Assembly: GCA_004193555.1 (NCBI GenBank)
Contig: RPGP01000001.1
Span: 274,156 to 338,155 of the forward strand
Reading direction: 5' to 3'
Source: Desulfobacteraceae bacterium Eth-SRB1
Lineage (GTDB): Bacteria > Desulfobacterota > Desulfobacteria > Desulfobacterales > ETH-SRB1
Length of the DNA: 64,000 bases
Shown here: piece by piece, positions 38,460 to 47,249 of the stretch
How the letters are laid out: each line of letters starts with the position of its first letter
Numbering within the stretch: the stretch's first letter is position 1
Translations under genes and position numbers: made by a program
Notes under the pieces: generated by a model
Told to the model about the DNA's origin: nothing
The model's database searches: none
What the model saw: the letters and a program-made list of their open reading frames with translations, nothing else

Positions 38460-39358
38460 CCTGGTTGCGTTATCCAAAATTTTATCGGCAACGCCTTATT
38501 CTGATTCTCTTAGAAAAGGCAGGAGGCGCTTTGTCAAAAATGGATTTTCAGAAACTGTTGTTTTTATTACATCAGAAGGCCGGGTTTCAGTACTATGATT
38601 TTGTTCCTTACCACTATGGCTCTTATTCGTTCCAGGCGGCATCAGACATTGAAGCTTTGCAAGCAACAGGCTGGCTTAAATCAGGGAAGAAAAATATCAC
38701 TTTGCTAAAGCGACTCTCCGAGGCAAGAGGCTTGAGTGGACATGAAACCAATGAGATTAGCCGCTTTATGAAAAATCATAAAGATTATCGGGGTCGCAGG
38801 TTGCTGCATTATGTTTATCAGCATTACCCCTATTATGCGGTCAAGAGCAAAATAGCGCGTGATGTTGTGAGTAAAGAAACCTATAGGCGCATCCAGGCTG
38901 AAAGGAGCCGGACGATAAAACAGAAGCCAGTGCTTTATACAATTGGTTATGAAGGATCAACCTTTGAGGCGTATATCAACAAACTGATAGCCAATGATAT
39001 ACACCTGTTGTGCGATGTTCGTAAAAATCCGCTGAGCCGCAAGTTCGGTTTTTCCAAAGGGATACTATCCAATGTGTTACCAAAATTAGGTATTGAGTAC
39101 TTGCATGTCCAGGAACTGGGAATTATCACGCAAAAACGAAAACAGCTCAAGACAAAGGATGATTACGCCCATCTGTTTGCTGAATACAGGGAATCTCTTC
39201 CTGAAAAAGCAACCTGTTTGCAAGAGTTGGCAGTTCTGATGGAGTCTTATCAAAGGATAGCACTGACCTGTTTTGAGAGGCTTCCTCATTTATGTCATCG
39301 TCATTGTATCAGTGATTATTTGAAAGCTGAGAAAGATATGGTGGTTGTTCATTTATGA
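38456..39358 (+). CDS. DUF488-domain protein with an unrecognised about 160-aa N-terminal domain
   Basis: C-terminal LYTIGYEGSTFEAYINKLIANDIHLLCDVRKNPLSRKFGFSKGILSNVLPKLGIEYLHVQELG ... LTCFERLPHLCHRHCISDYL matches the DUF488 pattern. 4-nt overlaps with mod and with the next ORF. Confidence 0.7.
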   Translation: MTWLRYPKFYRQRLILILLEKAGGALSKMDFQKLLFLLHQKAGFQYYDFVPYHYGSYSFQAASDIEALQATGWLKSGKKNITLLKRLSEARGLSGHETNEISRFMKNHKDYRGRRLLHYVYQHYPYYAVKSKIARDVVSKETYRRIQAERSRTIKQKPVLYTIGYEGSTFEAYINKLIANDIHLLCDVRKNPLSRKFGFSKGILSNVLPKLGIEYLHVQELGIITQKRKQLKTKDDYAHLFAEYRESLPEKATCLQELAVLMESYQRIALTCFERLPHLCHRHCISDYLKAEKDMVVVHL

Positions 39359-40185
39359 TCGAGAGACGAAAAATATTCATCACAGTCAAGACATACCCAA
39401 GCCTGTCAAAAAAATATGATGAGATTGTTTGTACGGCGGGAATACTGGATGATGGGCGCTGGGCGCGTATATATCCACTGCCGTTCCGCAAGCTGGATCA
39501 CGAAAAGCGTTATAAAAAATATTAGTGGATGGAAATTCAGTTAGAAAAAAATACGAGCGATCCCAGACCGGAAAGCTATAAGGTCTGTGATATTGCACAA
39601 GTCAAGCCTATCGGAGAACCAGTTGGGACAACAATGGGATGGGCGGAGAGAAAACGTATTGTTTTTGATCAAAATCCAATCTACACTGATTTAACCGGTT
39701 TGATCGAACAGGCAAAGAGGAATGAGCTTTCCCTCGCTACTTTCAAACCTGAGAAAATTATTGAAGTTGTTGTTACTGAGACAGAACGCGAATGGAGTAA
39801 GAAAAAATTAACTCTCCTGAAAGCAAAAGCAAAACAGCTTTCTCTTTTTCAGACGGAAGAGGAAGTGAGAAGAGAATTTTCAATAGTTGATAAATTGCCT
39901 TACAAATTTTTTTATCGCTTCAGGGACAAAAAGGGCAGAGAAGCCAGACTCATAATTGAAGATTGGGAGATTGGCATGCTTTACTGGAATTGTCTTAAAA
40001 ATTCCGGCGGTGACGAGCAAAAGGCTGTATCCAAGGTCAAGGAAAAATATTTTGATTTGTTTAGCAAGAGGGATATTTACTTGTTTTTAGGGACAACAAA
40101 ACAGTTTCATGGGTGGGCTAAAAATCCGTTTGTAATTATTGGAGTTTTTTATCCACCCTATGAACCACAGCTTTCATTATTTTAG
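39355..40185 (+). pseudogene. conserved-looking hypothetical gene interrupted by a single in-frame TAG
   Basis: The ATG at 39355 (ATGA overlap) opens MIERRKIFITVKTYPSLSKKYDEIVCTAGILDDGRWARIYPLPFRKLDHEKRYKKY. A TAG follows at 39523-39525. The same frame then continues WMEIQLEKNTSDPRPESY... to 40185, which is track ORF 39529-40185. Confidence 0.6.
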
Positions 40186-40196
40186 GTTCTCATAAT

Positions 40197-42986
40197 ATGG
40201 CATTGCATCCTGATTTTCCCAATTCTCCCCATACCGTCCTCAACCCGGATATCCGCTGGTTTCCGGCAGACGAAGCCCTCCGTGAGTCAAGCTATGAAAA
40301 GCTGCTGCCGCCTCTCGTGCATGAACTGCGTAAAAAGGTGAAGGCGTGGCGGGACAATGGCTATGAAGGGGCAACAGACACCAGTATAGCCTTGCTGGAC
40401 TGGTGGTTTAATCAAGAACATCTGCTGCCGAAATCGGGCCTGTCTGCGTGCGGACACGCACAGGCAGGCGGAACCATGGCAAAATTTCAATATTACTTTG
40501 CCCAGCAAGAGGCGGTTGAAAGCATCATTTATCTTTACGATGTGGTTAAGGTAAAGGACAAATATGATCTGCTCCGTTTTGATTCATCCGGCGCTGTTTC
40601 AGCCGGAATGTTTGATGAATCGTGGCTCCGTTTTGTAATTAAGATGGCGACCGGCGCCGGCAAAACCAAGCTGATGAGTCTAATGCTGGCGTGGTGTTAT
40701 TTTCACAAACTTTATGAGCCGGATTCGGACCTGGCGCGTAATTTTCTGCTGATTACGCCTAATATCATTGTATTGGATAGAATCCGTAGCGACTTTGACG
40801 GGTTGCGGATATTCTTTGAAGACCCGGTGCTGCCGCCCAATGGATATTCAGGCGCTTTTGAAGGGCGCAACTGGCGTGATGATTTTCAACTGACCCTGCA
40901 TATCCAGGATGAAGTTAATGTTACCCGCAAGACCGGCAATATATTTTTAACCAATATTCACCGTGTTTATTCCGGCAATAATATAGAGCCGTCTGCTGAT
41001 GATGAAGATACAATGGATTATTTTCTTGGCAGGCGTCCCACAGGAGCTACCACGGATTCCAAAATCGATCTTGGAGATATTGTCCGCGACATTGATGAAC
41101 TGGTGGTGCTGAATGACGAGGCGCATCATATTCATGATCCCCAAATGGCATGGTTCAAGTCGATTGAGGATATTCATAATCGGCTGAAACACAAGGACAA
41201 GTTTCTCTCCCTGCAAGTGGACATGACTGCTACACCCAAACACAACAATGGCGCAATCTTTGTGCAGACGGTTTCAGATTATCCTTTGGTAGAGGCTATT
41301 TCGCAGAATGTGGTTAAACATCCGGTGTTGCCAGATTCCGCCAGTCGTGCCAAGCTTGGTGAACGGCAAAGTTCAAAATATACGGAAAAATATGCCGATT
41401 ACCTGAATTTAGGCATAGAGGAGTGGCGTAAAGCATACAAAGAACATGAAAAGATGGACAAAAAAGCCATTCTCTTTGTGATGACTGACGATACCAGAAA
41501 CTGTGATGATGTGGCTGAATATCTGAAAAGGACCTATCCTGATTTTAAAGATGCGGTGCTGGTGATCCATACCAAAAACAACGGAGAGATCAGCGAGGCC
41601 GCAAGCGGCAAGAAAAAAGAGGAGCTTGAAAAGCTGCGCAAACAATCAAATGAAATTGATAGCTGGAATAGTCCTTTTAAGGCTATTGTCTCGGTGATGA
41701 TGCTCAAAGAGGGTTGGGATGTGAAAAACGTGACCACTATCGTGGGGCTGCGGCCCTATTCTGCCAAAAGTAATATTTTGCCGGAACAGACATTGGGCCG
41801 GGGCTTGCGAAAAATGTATCCAGGCTACAATGCTGAGGAATACGTCAGTGTTGTGGGAACAGATGCTTTTATGGATTTTGTGGAGTCCATCCAGTCCGAA
41901 GGAGTTGAGCTTGAGCACAAGGCAATGGGTGAAGGCACCAAACCAAAAACGCCGATTATCGTTGAAATTGATAATGAAAACATAAAAAAGGATATCGACA
42001 ATCTTGATATCGAAATTCCGGTATTAACCCCAAGGGTATATCGGGAGTACAAGAATCTCAGCGGTCTGGACACAGGGCATTTCGGCCATAAAAAAGTAGA
42101 ATACAAGATCTTCAGTCTCGAAGAACAGCGCGAGATTGTATTTAAGGACATAACTACCGGCGAGATTAATCATACAACCATTCTGGATTCAGGCGCGGTT
42201 ACCGACTACCGTTCTGTGGTGGGGTATTTCACCCAGGTTATCATGAAAGATTTAAGATTGGTCAGCGATTATGATGTGCTGTACGGGAAAGTAAAATATT
42301 TTATTCAGGATGAATTGTTTGACCTGTCTGCGTGCGGAGACGCACAGGCAGGAAAACCGGTTGACCTTGACAGCCTGAACACCTTGCGAAATCTGTCCGA
42401 ACTTGAAGCAGGCAAAACTCTGGTGGAAACATTTAAAAAGCAGATTAACGCCTTAACTGTGCAGGACAAAGGAGACGCAAAAATCCGTGATACGATTAAG
42501 TTGAGGAAAACACGGCCATTTGTCGTTAAAGAGCAGGGATATATCATACCAAAGAAAAGTATTTTTAATAAAATAATTGGCGACAGTAGCCTGGAATTAC
42601 AGTTTGCTGCATTTCTTGAAGACTGCGACGATATTATTTCCTATGTGAAAAATTATATGGCCGTTCATTTCAAGATTGATTACGTCAATGCAAATGGTGA
42701 AATATCCAACTATTACCCGGATTTTATCGTCAAGAAATCAGAGAAAGAAGTCTTTATTGTTGAAACCAAAGGGCTTGAAGACCTTGACGTGCCTTTAAAA
42801 ATGGAAAGGTTAAAACAGTGGTGTGTTGATATCAACAAAGCGCAATCAGAAATCAAGTACGATTATATTTTTGTGGATGAGGAAAGTTTTGATAGGTTCA
42901 AACCAAAAAGTTTTGAGGAATTAATTAGAAGTTTTACAAAATATAGGATTGGCATGGCGGCAGCGTCTTCATCCTTGATAAAGTAG
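40197..42986 (+). CDS. res: Type III-like restriction subunit (SF2 helicase plus C-terminal PD-(D/E)xK nuclease)
   Basis: 929 aa. Walker A ATGAGKTKLMS, DEAH LNDEAHHI, motif VI QTLGRGLRK, and C-terminal YYPDFIVKK...FIVETKG. Confidence 0.88.
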   Translation: MALHPDFPNSPHTVLNPDIRWFPADEALRESSYEKLLPPLVHELRKKVKAWRDNGYEGATDTSIALLDWWFNQEHLLPKSGLSACGHAQAGGTMAKFQYYFAQQEAVESIIYLYDVVKVKDKYDLLRFDSSGAVSAGMFDESWLRFVIKMATGAGKTKLMSLMLAWCYFHKLYEPDSDLARNFLLITPNIIVLDRIRSDFDGLRIFFEDPVLPPNGYSGAFEGRNWRDDFQLTLHIQDEVNVTRKTGNIFLTNIHRVYSGNNIEPSADDEDTMDYFLGRRPTGATTDSKIDLGDIVRDIDELVVLNDEAHHIHDPQMAWFKSIEDIHNRLKHKDKFLSLQVDMTATPKHNNGAIFVQTVSDYPLVEAISQNVVKHPVLPDSASRAKLGERQSSKYTEKYADYLNLGIEEWRKAYKEHEKMDKKAILFVMTDDTRNCDDVAEYLKRTYPDFKDAVLVIHTKNNGEISEAASGKKKEELEKLRKQSNEIDSWNSPFKAIVSVMMLKEGWDVKNVTTIVGLRPYSAKSNILPEQTLGRGLRKMYPGYNAEEYVSVVGTDAFMDFVESIQSEGVELEHKAMGEGTKPKTPIIVEIDNENIKKDIDNLDIEIPVLTPRVYREYKNLSGLDTGHFGHKKVEYKIFSLEEQREIVFKDITTGEINHTTILDSGAVTDYRSVVGYFTQVIMKDLRLVSDYDVLYGKVKYFIQDELFDLSACGDAQAGKPVDLDSLNTLRNLSELEAGKTLVETFKKQINALTVQDKGDAKIRDTIKLRKTRPFVVKEQGYIIPKKSIFNKIIGDSSLELQFAAFLEDCDDIISYVKNYMAVHFKIDYVNANGEISNYYPDFIVKKSEKEVFIVETKGLEDLDVPLKMERLKQWCVDINKAQSEIKYDYIFVDEESFDRFKPKSFEELIRSFTKYRIGMAAASSSLIK
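40439..40468 (+). repeat. 30-bp GC-rich palindromic element, in-frame inside res (copy 1)
   Basis: cctgtctgcgtgcggacacgcacaggcagg encodes LSACGHAQAG. Stem tgcgtg/cacgca plus outer cctgtc/gcagg pairing. Confidence 0.85.
42323..42352 (+). repeat. 30-bp GC-rich palindromic element, in-frame inside res (copy 2)
   Basis: cctgtctgcgtgcggagacgcacaggcagg is identical to copy 1 at 29 of 30 positions and encodes LSACGDAQAG. Confidence 0.85.
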
Positions 42987-43002
42987 TGTTGTGCTATGAA
43001 AA

Positions 43003-43365
43003 ATGAATAAATCATCAAACCATAAAATCATCAAATCCAACATTCTCATCTATCAAACAGAAGGCGGTCAGACAAAAATAGAGGTGCGCCTTGAAAATGA
43101 GACCGTCTGGCTGACGCAAAAGCTGATGGCGGAGCTTTTTCAAGTTGGTGTTAACACCGTAAACTACCATATAAAGGAGATATACAGTGAAGGCGAGTTG
43201 ATGCCGGAAGCAACTATTCGGAAATTCCGAATAGTTCAAAAAGAGGGAAAAAGGGAAGTTTCTCGTGCCGTTGATTTTTATAACCTCGACATGATCATTT
43301 CCGTCGGCTACCGCATAAAATCTCATGTCGCCACCCGTTTTTGCCAATGGGCAACTCAATTATGA
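43003..43365 (+). pseudogene. RhuM-family virulence/Fic-associated protein, N-terminal third only
   Basis: IYQTEGGQTKIEVRLENETVWLTQKLMAELFQV...YNLDMIISVGYRIKSHVATRFCQWATQL then a stop at 120 aa. Family members are about 330 aa. Confidence 0.65.
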
Positions 43366-43472
43366 AACCTTAGATTCTGCTTCCGAGCTTGGTTTTCTCA
43401 AAAAAGCAATCCCTGATTTTCTGAAAGATAATCTTAATCCTGAATTTGAATAGTTACAAATCTTTTCGTTTT

Positions 43473-44006
43473 TTATGAAATATTTGGGTTAGGTTTTTTC
43501 TCCACCAGAGCCCCGACCAGGTATCCTGCTACAAGTGACCCCGTAATTGTAAATACCGTGAGTATAGCCACATATAAGCATCCAAAGTATGAAATCATTA
43601 TTGGGAGAAGAAACGGCTTGACAGCTCTGCTGTTCAGGAAAGCGGCAATGGATGCATTTCCAGCGCCCTGGGCCTTTAATCCCTTGAGCATTGGATACCA
43701 GGCATAGATGGGTCCTGTAGAAATAATTCCTGCCGTCATTGATAGTACGAGCCCCTTAATGCCGGCTTCTTTTCCCAGAAAACTCGCAATATATGCTGGT
43801 TTTAAAAAAAGATTCAGAACTATCATAAGAATAAAAACAAGGGATAGCGGGATAATTATATTGGAAAAGATAATGCCGCTGCTTTTGAGAGCCAGGAAAG
43901 CTCTGTCCGGCATAAATGCAAAAATAATCCCATATACTGCAATTACGGAAGCCGGAAAATAGATCATCCGCATGACACTTTGTTTGCTTTTAGTTCTATT
44001 CGACAT
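43473..44006 (-). CDS. permease, C-terminal half of a split DUF318/ArsP-like transporter
   Basis: 177 aa, all TM helices, directly downstream of the fusion ORF below. Confidence 0.55.
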   Translation of the reverse strand: MSNRTKSKQSVMRMIYFPASVIAVYGIIFAFMPDRAFLALKSSGIIFSNIIIPLSLVFILMIVLNLFLKPAYIASFLGKEAGIKGLVLSMTAGIISTGPIYAWYPMLKGLKAQGAGNASIAAFLNSRAVKPFLLPIMISYFGCLYVAILTVFTITGSLVAGYLVGALVEKKPNPNIS

Positions 44007-44008
44007 AG

Positions 44009-44878
44009 TTATAGACCAATAATAATATTAATAACCGCTACAGTAAGAATCGCTATAATCAGAGACAAAGCAAAAGAGACTTTATTTCTAACAAAAGCAA
44101 ATCTTTTGCCCAGAGCTGCAATCTCAGCCGGCAACTGTACTATTCCTACCGTAACCCATGAAATGATTAAGGCGGTTACTGCAAACAGGCTGATCCCATA
44201 TCCCAGTAATTCTCCACCAATAATATAACTGTTGATGGGATTACCGGTAAAAATACTTCCCATACATGCCCCCAAGAGAGTATCTGTCGCAATATTGCCT
44301 GAAAAAACAGAGGACAGGAGCTCTTTTGACATAAATGAGCTGAATAGTCCGATGAGCAGCACCACACCGGTTAAAACAGGCAGAAGCCTGATAATCTGAT
44401 TAGCGGAATTTTTAAAAGCACGAACCAGAGCTGTCTTATCAATCTTAACGCCTGCTTCAAGGCCGGATTTAACTCCAGGCTGTCGCTGCAATTTGCCTTT
44501 TTTGTACATCTGCACAACTTCTCCAACCGTGCCGACGACTTCTTCAAGCACCTGTATGCCGTTACCTGTCAGATGGCCAATGGCAGTGGGGCTGCAATAT
44601 CCGGTTATAAGCGTATCAACTTTTTTGCTGATAACAAGCACAACAGCCTGAATGCCGGAGCCCTGGTGAGCTGAAGCGCCGGGGTTTGCAACCGCCTCGA
44701 AATCCATTGTATCCCGATCAACGATTATGAAGTATTTAGAAGTCCCAAATCTGGATCCAACTTTTGCATTCAGGTCAGGGCTGTCAGCGGAAACAGCAAT
44801 CTTCAAAGCATCCTCCTGGGTTGTTTTTACATAATTCCCATATTTTCTTATTATTGGCAAGTGTTGATGGTTTTGCAA
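44009..44878 (-). CDS. NifX/NifB-like (dinitrogenase FeMo-cofactor-binding fold) domain fused to a permease half
   Basis: The N-terminus KIAVSADSPDLNAKVGSRFGTSKYFIIVD...GIQAVVLVISKKVDTLITGYCSPTAIGHLTGNGIQV resembles the Nitro_FeMo-Co domain. The C-terminal part is membrane helices. Confidence 0.55.
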   Translation of the reverse strand: MQNHQHLPIIRKYGNYVKTTQEDALKIAVSADSPDLNAKVGSRFGTSKYFIIVDRDTMDFEAVANPGASAHQGSGIQAVVLVISKKVDTLITGYCSPTAIGHLTGNGIQVLEEVVGTVGEVVQMYKKGKLQRQPGVKSGLEAGVKIDKTALVRAFKNSANQIIRLLPVLTGVVLLIGLFSSFMSKELLSSVFSGNIATDTLLGACMGSIFTGNPINSYIIGGELLGYGISLFAVTALIISWVTVGIVQLPAEIAALGKRFAFVRNKVSFALSLIIAILTVAVINIIIGL

Positions 44879-44977
44879 TAAAAGAACTCGTAAAATTGTT
44901 TTTTATTCAAGAATATGATATTTTTTTTATATTTGAAAAATTAAGTGGAAAGATCTTAAGAAAAACAGGGGGTTTTA

Positions 44978-45616
44978 ATGCTGATATACGCTGTAGCAGA
45001 TATTCATGGCCAGCGCGACAGAATCGCATTGATCGGAAACAAAGTTCTAAAACACAAACCTGATGTGCTTGTTGTTGCCGGAGATATAACTAACTATATC
45101 AGGCCTGAGCCGGTCATTGCCAAATTAAACGATATGCCGGCGCCTGTTCTAACAATTCGTGGTAATTCCGATCTGAACAGGGTTGAAAAACTGTTTGATA
45201 AATATCCTAATATTTCTTCCCTGCATCTTAAAGAGATCTTTATTAACGGTGTTACTTTTACCGGCGTGAGCGGCACTTTGCCTGTGCCATTCAGTTCACT
45301 GATAAGCTTTAGAGAAAAACACGTAATAGACCGGCTAAGACTTCTTGTGAAAAGAGATACTGTGCTGGTTGCCCATCCTCCGCCGCGGGGAACCTTGGAT
45401 GAAGTGCTTGGCAGGTTTCATGCAGGCTGCCGGAGACTGCAAAAAATAGTTGTAAATACACAGCCACGACTGCTAATCTGCGGTCATATTCATGAAAGAC
45501 CCGGAGCATTATTTGTTGGAGAAACACTTGTTGTTAACTGTAGTATGGGCCGAAAAGGAGCAGGCATCTTAATTAATCTCAACAGGGGCATGCCCCCGGA
45601 AGCTGAACTGATTTAA
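44978..45616 (+). CDS. metallophosphoesterase
   Basis: MLIYAVADIHG, VVAGDITN, RGNSD and CGHIHE calcineurin-like motifs. Confidence 0.8.
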   Translation: MLIYAVADIHGQRDRIALIGNKVLKHKPDVLVVAGDITNYIRPEPVIAKLNDMPAPVLTIRGNSDLNRVEKLFDKYPNISSLHLKEIFINGVTFTGVSGTLPVPFSSLISFREKHVIDRLRLLVKRDTVLVAHPPPRGTLDEVLGRFHAGCRRLQKIVVNTQPRLLICGHIHERPGALFVGETLVVNCSMGRKGAGILINLNRGMPPEAELI

Positions 45617-45742
45617 TCCACAGACCTGTCCGCCTCTGGAGGATTACGCAGATTTCACAGATTTTAGCCATAAACCTGATAATGAAAGTCCGTGTGTGTC
45701 CGTGTGTGTCTGTGGCTAATAATAATTTAAGATGGAGGCAAT

Positions 45743-46225
45743 ATGGATATTAAGACAGTAAAAATCGAAAATCCGGATGGGTTGAACATGATTTTGGGCC
45801 ATTCTCATTTTATCAAAACTGTAGAGGATATTTATGAGGCTATGGTCAATGCCGTTCCCATGGCAAAATTCGGCCTGGCATTCTGCGAAGCTTCCGAGTC
45901 ATGTCTTGTGCGATATACAGGCACAGACGATGAACTTATCGAACTGGCAAAGAAGAATGCATACAACCTTTCAGCAGGTCACAGTTTTATCCTTTTTATG
46001 AAAGATCTGTTCCCAGTAAATGTTTTGGATTCGATTAAAAATGTAACAGAGGTCTGTCGAATTTTTTGCGCTACGGCAAATCCTGTCGAGGTTATTATAG
46101 CGGAAACAGAACTTGGGCGGGGAATACTTGGGGTCATTGATGGGTTTAGCTCAAAAGGCATAGAAACAGAAGATGATATCCGTACACGGAAAGAATTGCT
46201 GAGACAAATCGGTTATAAGCAATAA
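45743..46225 (+). CDS. adenosine-specific kinase family protein (PF04008-like)
   Basis: 160 aa with VKIENPDGLNMILGHSHFIKTVEDIYEAMVNAVPMAKFGLAFCEAS, which matches my memory of that family. Confidence 0.6.
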   Translation: MDIKTVKIENPDGLNMILGHSHFIKTVEDIYEAMVNAVPMAKFGLAFCEASESCLVRYTGTDDELIELAKKNAYNLSAGHSFILFMKDLFPVNVLDSIKNVTEVCRIFCATANPVEVIIAETELGRGILGVIDGFSSKGIETEDDIRTRKELLRQIGYKQ

Positions 46226-46357
46226 CCATCAATTTTGATGGCGTCGTAAAAAGTCAAATTTACCACAGAGAACACGGAGAACACAGAAATAACTGTTTAA
46301 AATAACAATATATGCTCTGTGATCTCTGTGGCCTCTGTGGTGAAAGTAATCTTTTTT

Positions 46358-47110
46358 CTAAATATATATGCCGTTTTTTTGTAATCTTATTTTCATCTTT
46401 TCATGATGAGAGCCCTGCCAGTAAATACGCCGGCACTGGGGGCAAATTTTAAACCTGTTAAAATATCTTTTTGTTTTTGGTTCAAGCCTGTGCAAAATAT
46501 CTTTTTTATTTATTGGAACAAGCTTTTTATTACATCGCAGACATCTAATAAAAAATTTAAAAGGCCCGTTTATTCCAAAAAATTTTATGATTTCAATTAG
46601 TTGATCATCTGGATATATTGACCGTACATGTCTGCCGAATATAACCTGTCTACATTCTAACAGGCCTGTATCTTTGCTTAGCACAATTCTCTTTTCTTTC
46701 CCTGAAAAGTACAAAATATCCCTGTCAACATATTTGGGAGAATATACGGCATCTAAGCCCAGCATCCTTAAAAGAAGAGCCAGCTTTCCCACATTAACAT
46801 CCACAACAAAACGTATTTTTTGCAATGGTTCCGGCCTGAGAAAGGATGGTCTGGTAACATCAAAGGGAGGAGTAATAGAAAGGACGGTTATCTTTTGCGA
46901 ATTTACCGGGATATAATTAAAATCAACCTCTTTATCTTCCGCAAAAATTTTACCAATTTCCGTGTGAGGCACGCCCAGGGATTCAATAATATGTTTGATC
47001 GAGGTCTTTTGCTCCAGAGTATAAATAATTTCCGGCCCTTTGTTTTTGCGACGCTTAAAACAATTAAATTCTTCGGGAAAACTAATCGTTAGCTGGAGCA
47101 TAGGGTTCAT
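46358..47110 (-). CDS. Mut7-C (PIN-like RNase) domain protein with an N-terminal ubiquitin-like domain and a C-terminal zinc ribbon
   Basis: IRFVVDVNVGKLALLLRMLGLD and CLRCNKKL...CPQCRRIYWQGSHHEKM. The start is moved to Met28 (47108-47110). Confidence 0.65.
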   Translation of the reverse strand: MNPMLQLTISFPEEFNCFKRRKNKGPEIIYTLEQKTSIKHIIESLGVPHTEIGKIFAEDKEVDFNYIPVNSQKITVLSITPPFDVTRPSFLRPEPLQKIRFVVDVNVGKLALLLRMLGLDAVYSPKYVDRDILYFSGKEKRIVLSKDTGLLECRQVIFGRHVRSIYPDDQLIEIIKFFGINGPFKFFIRCLRCNKKLVPINKKDILHRLEPKTKRYFNRFKICPQCRRIYWQGSHHEKMKIRLQKNGIYI

Positions 47111-47249
47111 GAGCCGACATTGAGAGATCACATCAGTTTTTCTGTTTTGACAAAATTTTTGAGCAAAATAATTTCCGGATCGATGGTGCACTTTGAATTC
47201 ACCATATGTTAAGGAAATAAAAAATATTTTGAGGGGGTTACGTGTTCAA

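Noticed and set aside
3765-39525. Stop-codon recoding (TGA=Trp or TAG sense) as an explanation for the in-frame stops
   Set aside because: TGA and TAG terminate well-conserved genes at the expected ends here. For example, topA ends with TGA at 26136-26138, the MBL hydrolase with TAG at 26983-26985, and the dtcA/dtcB junction is an ATGA overlap. The standard code is therefore in use.
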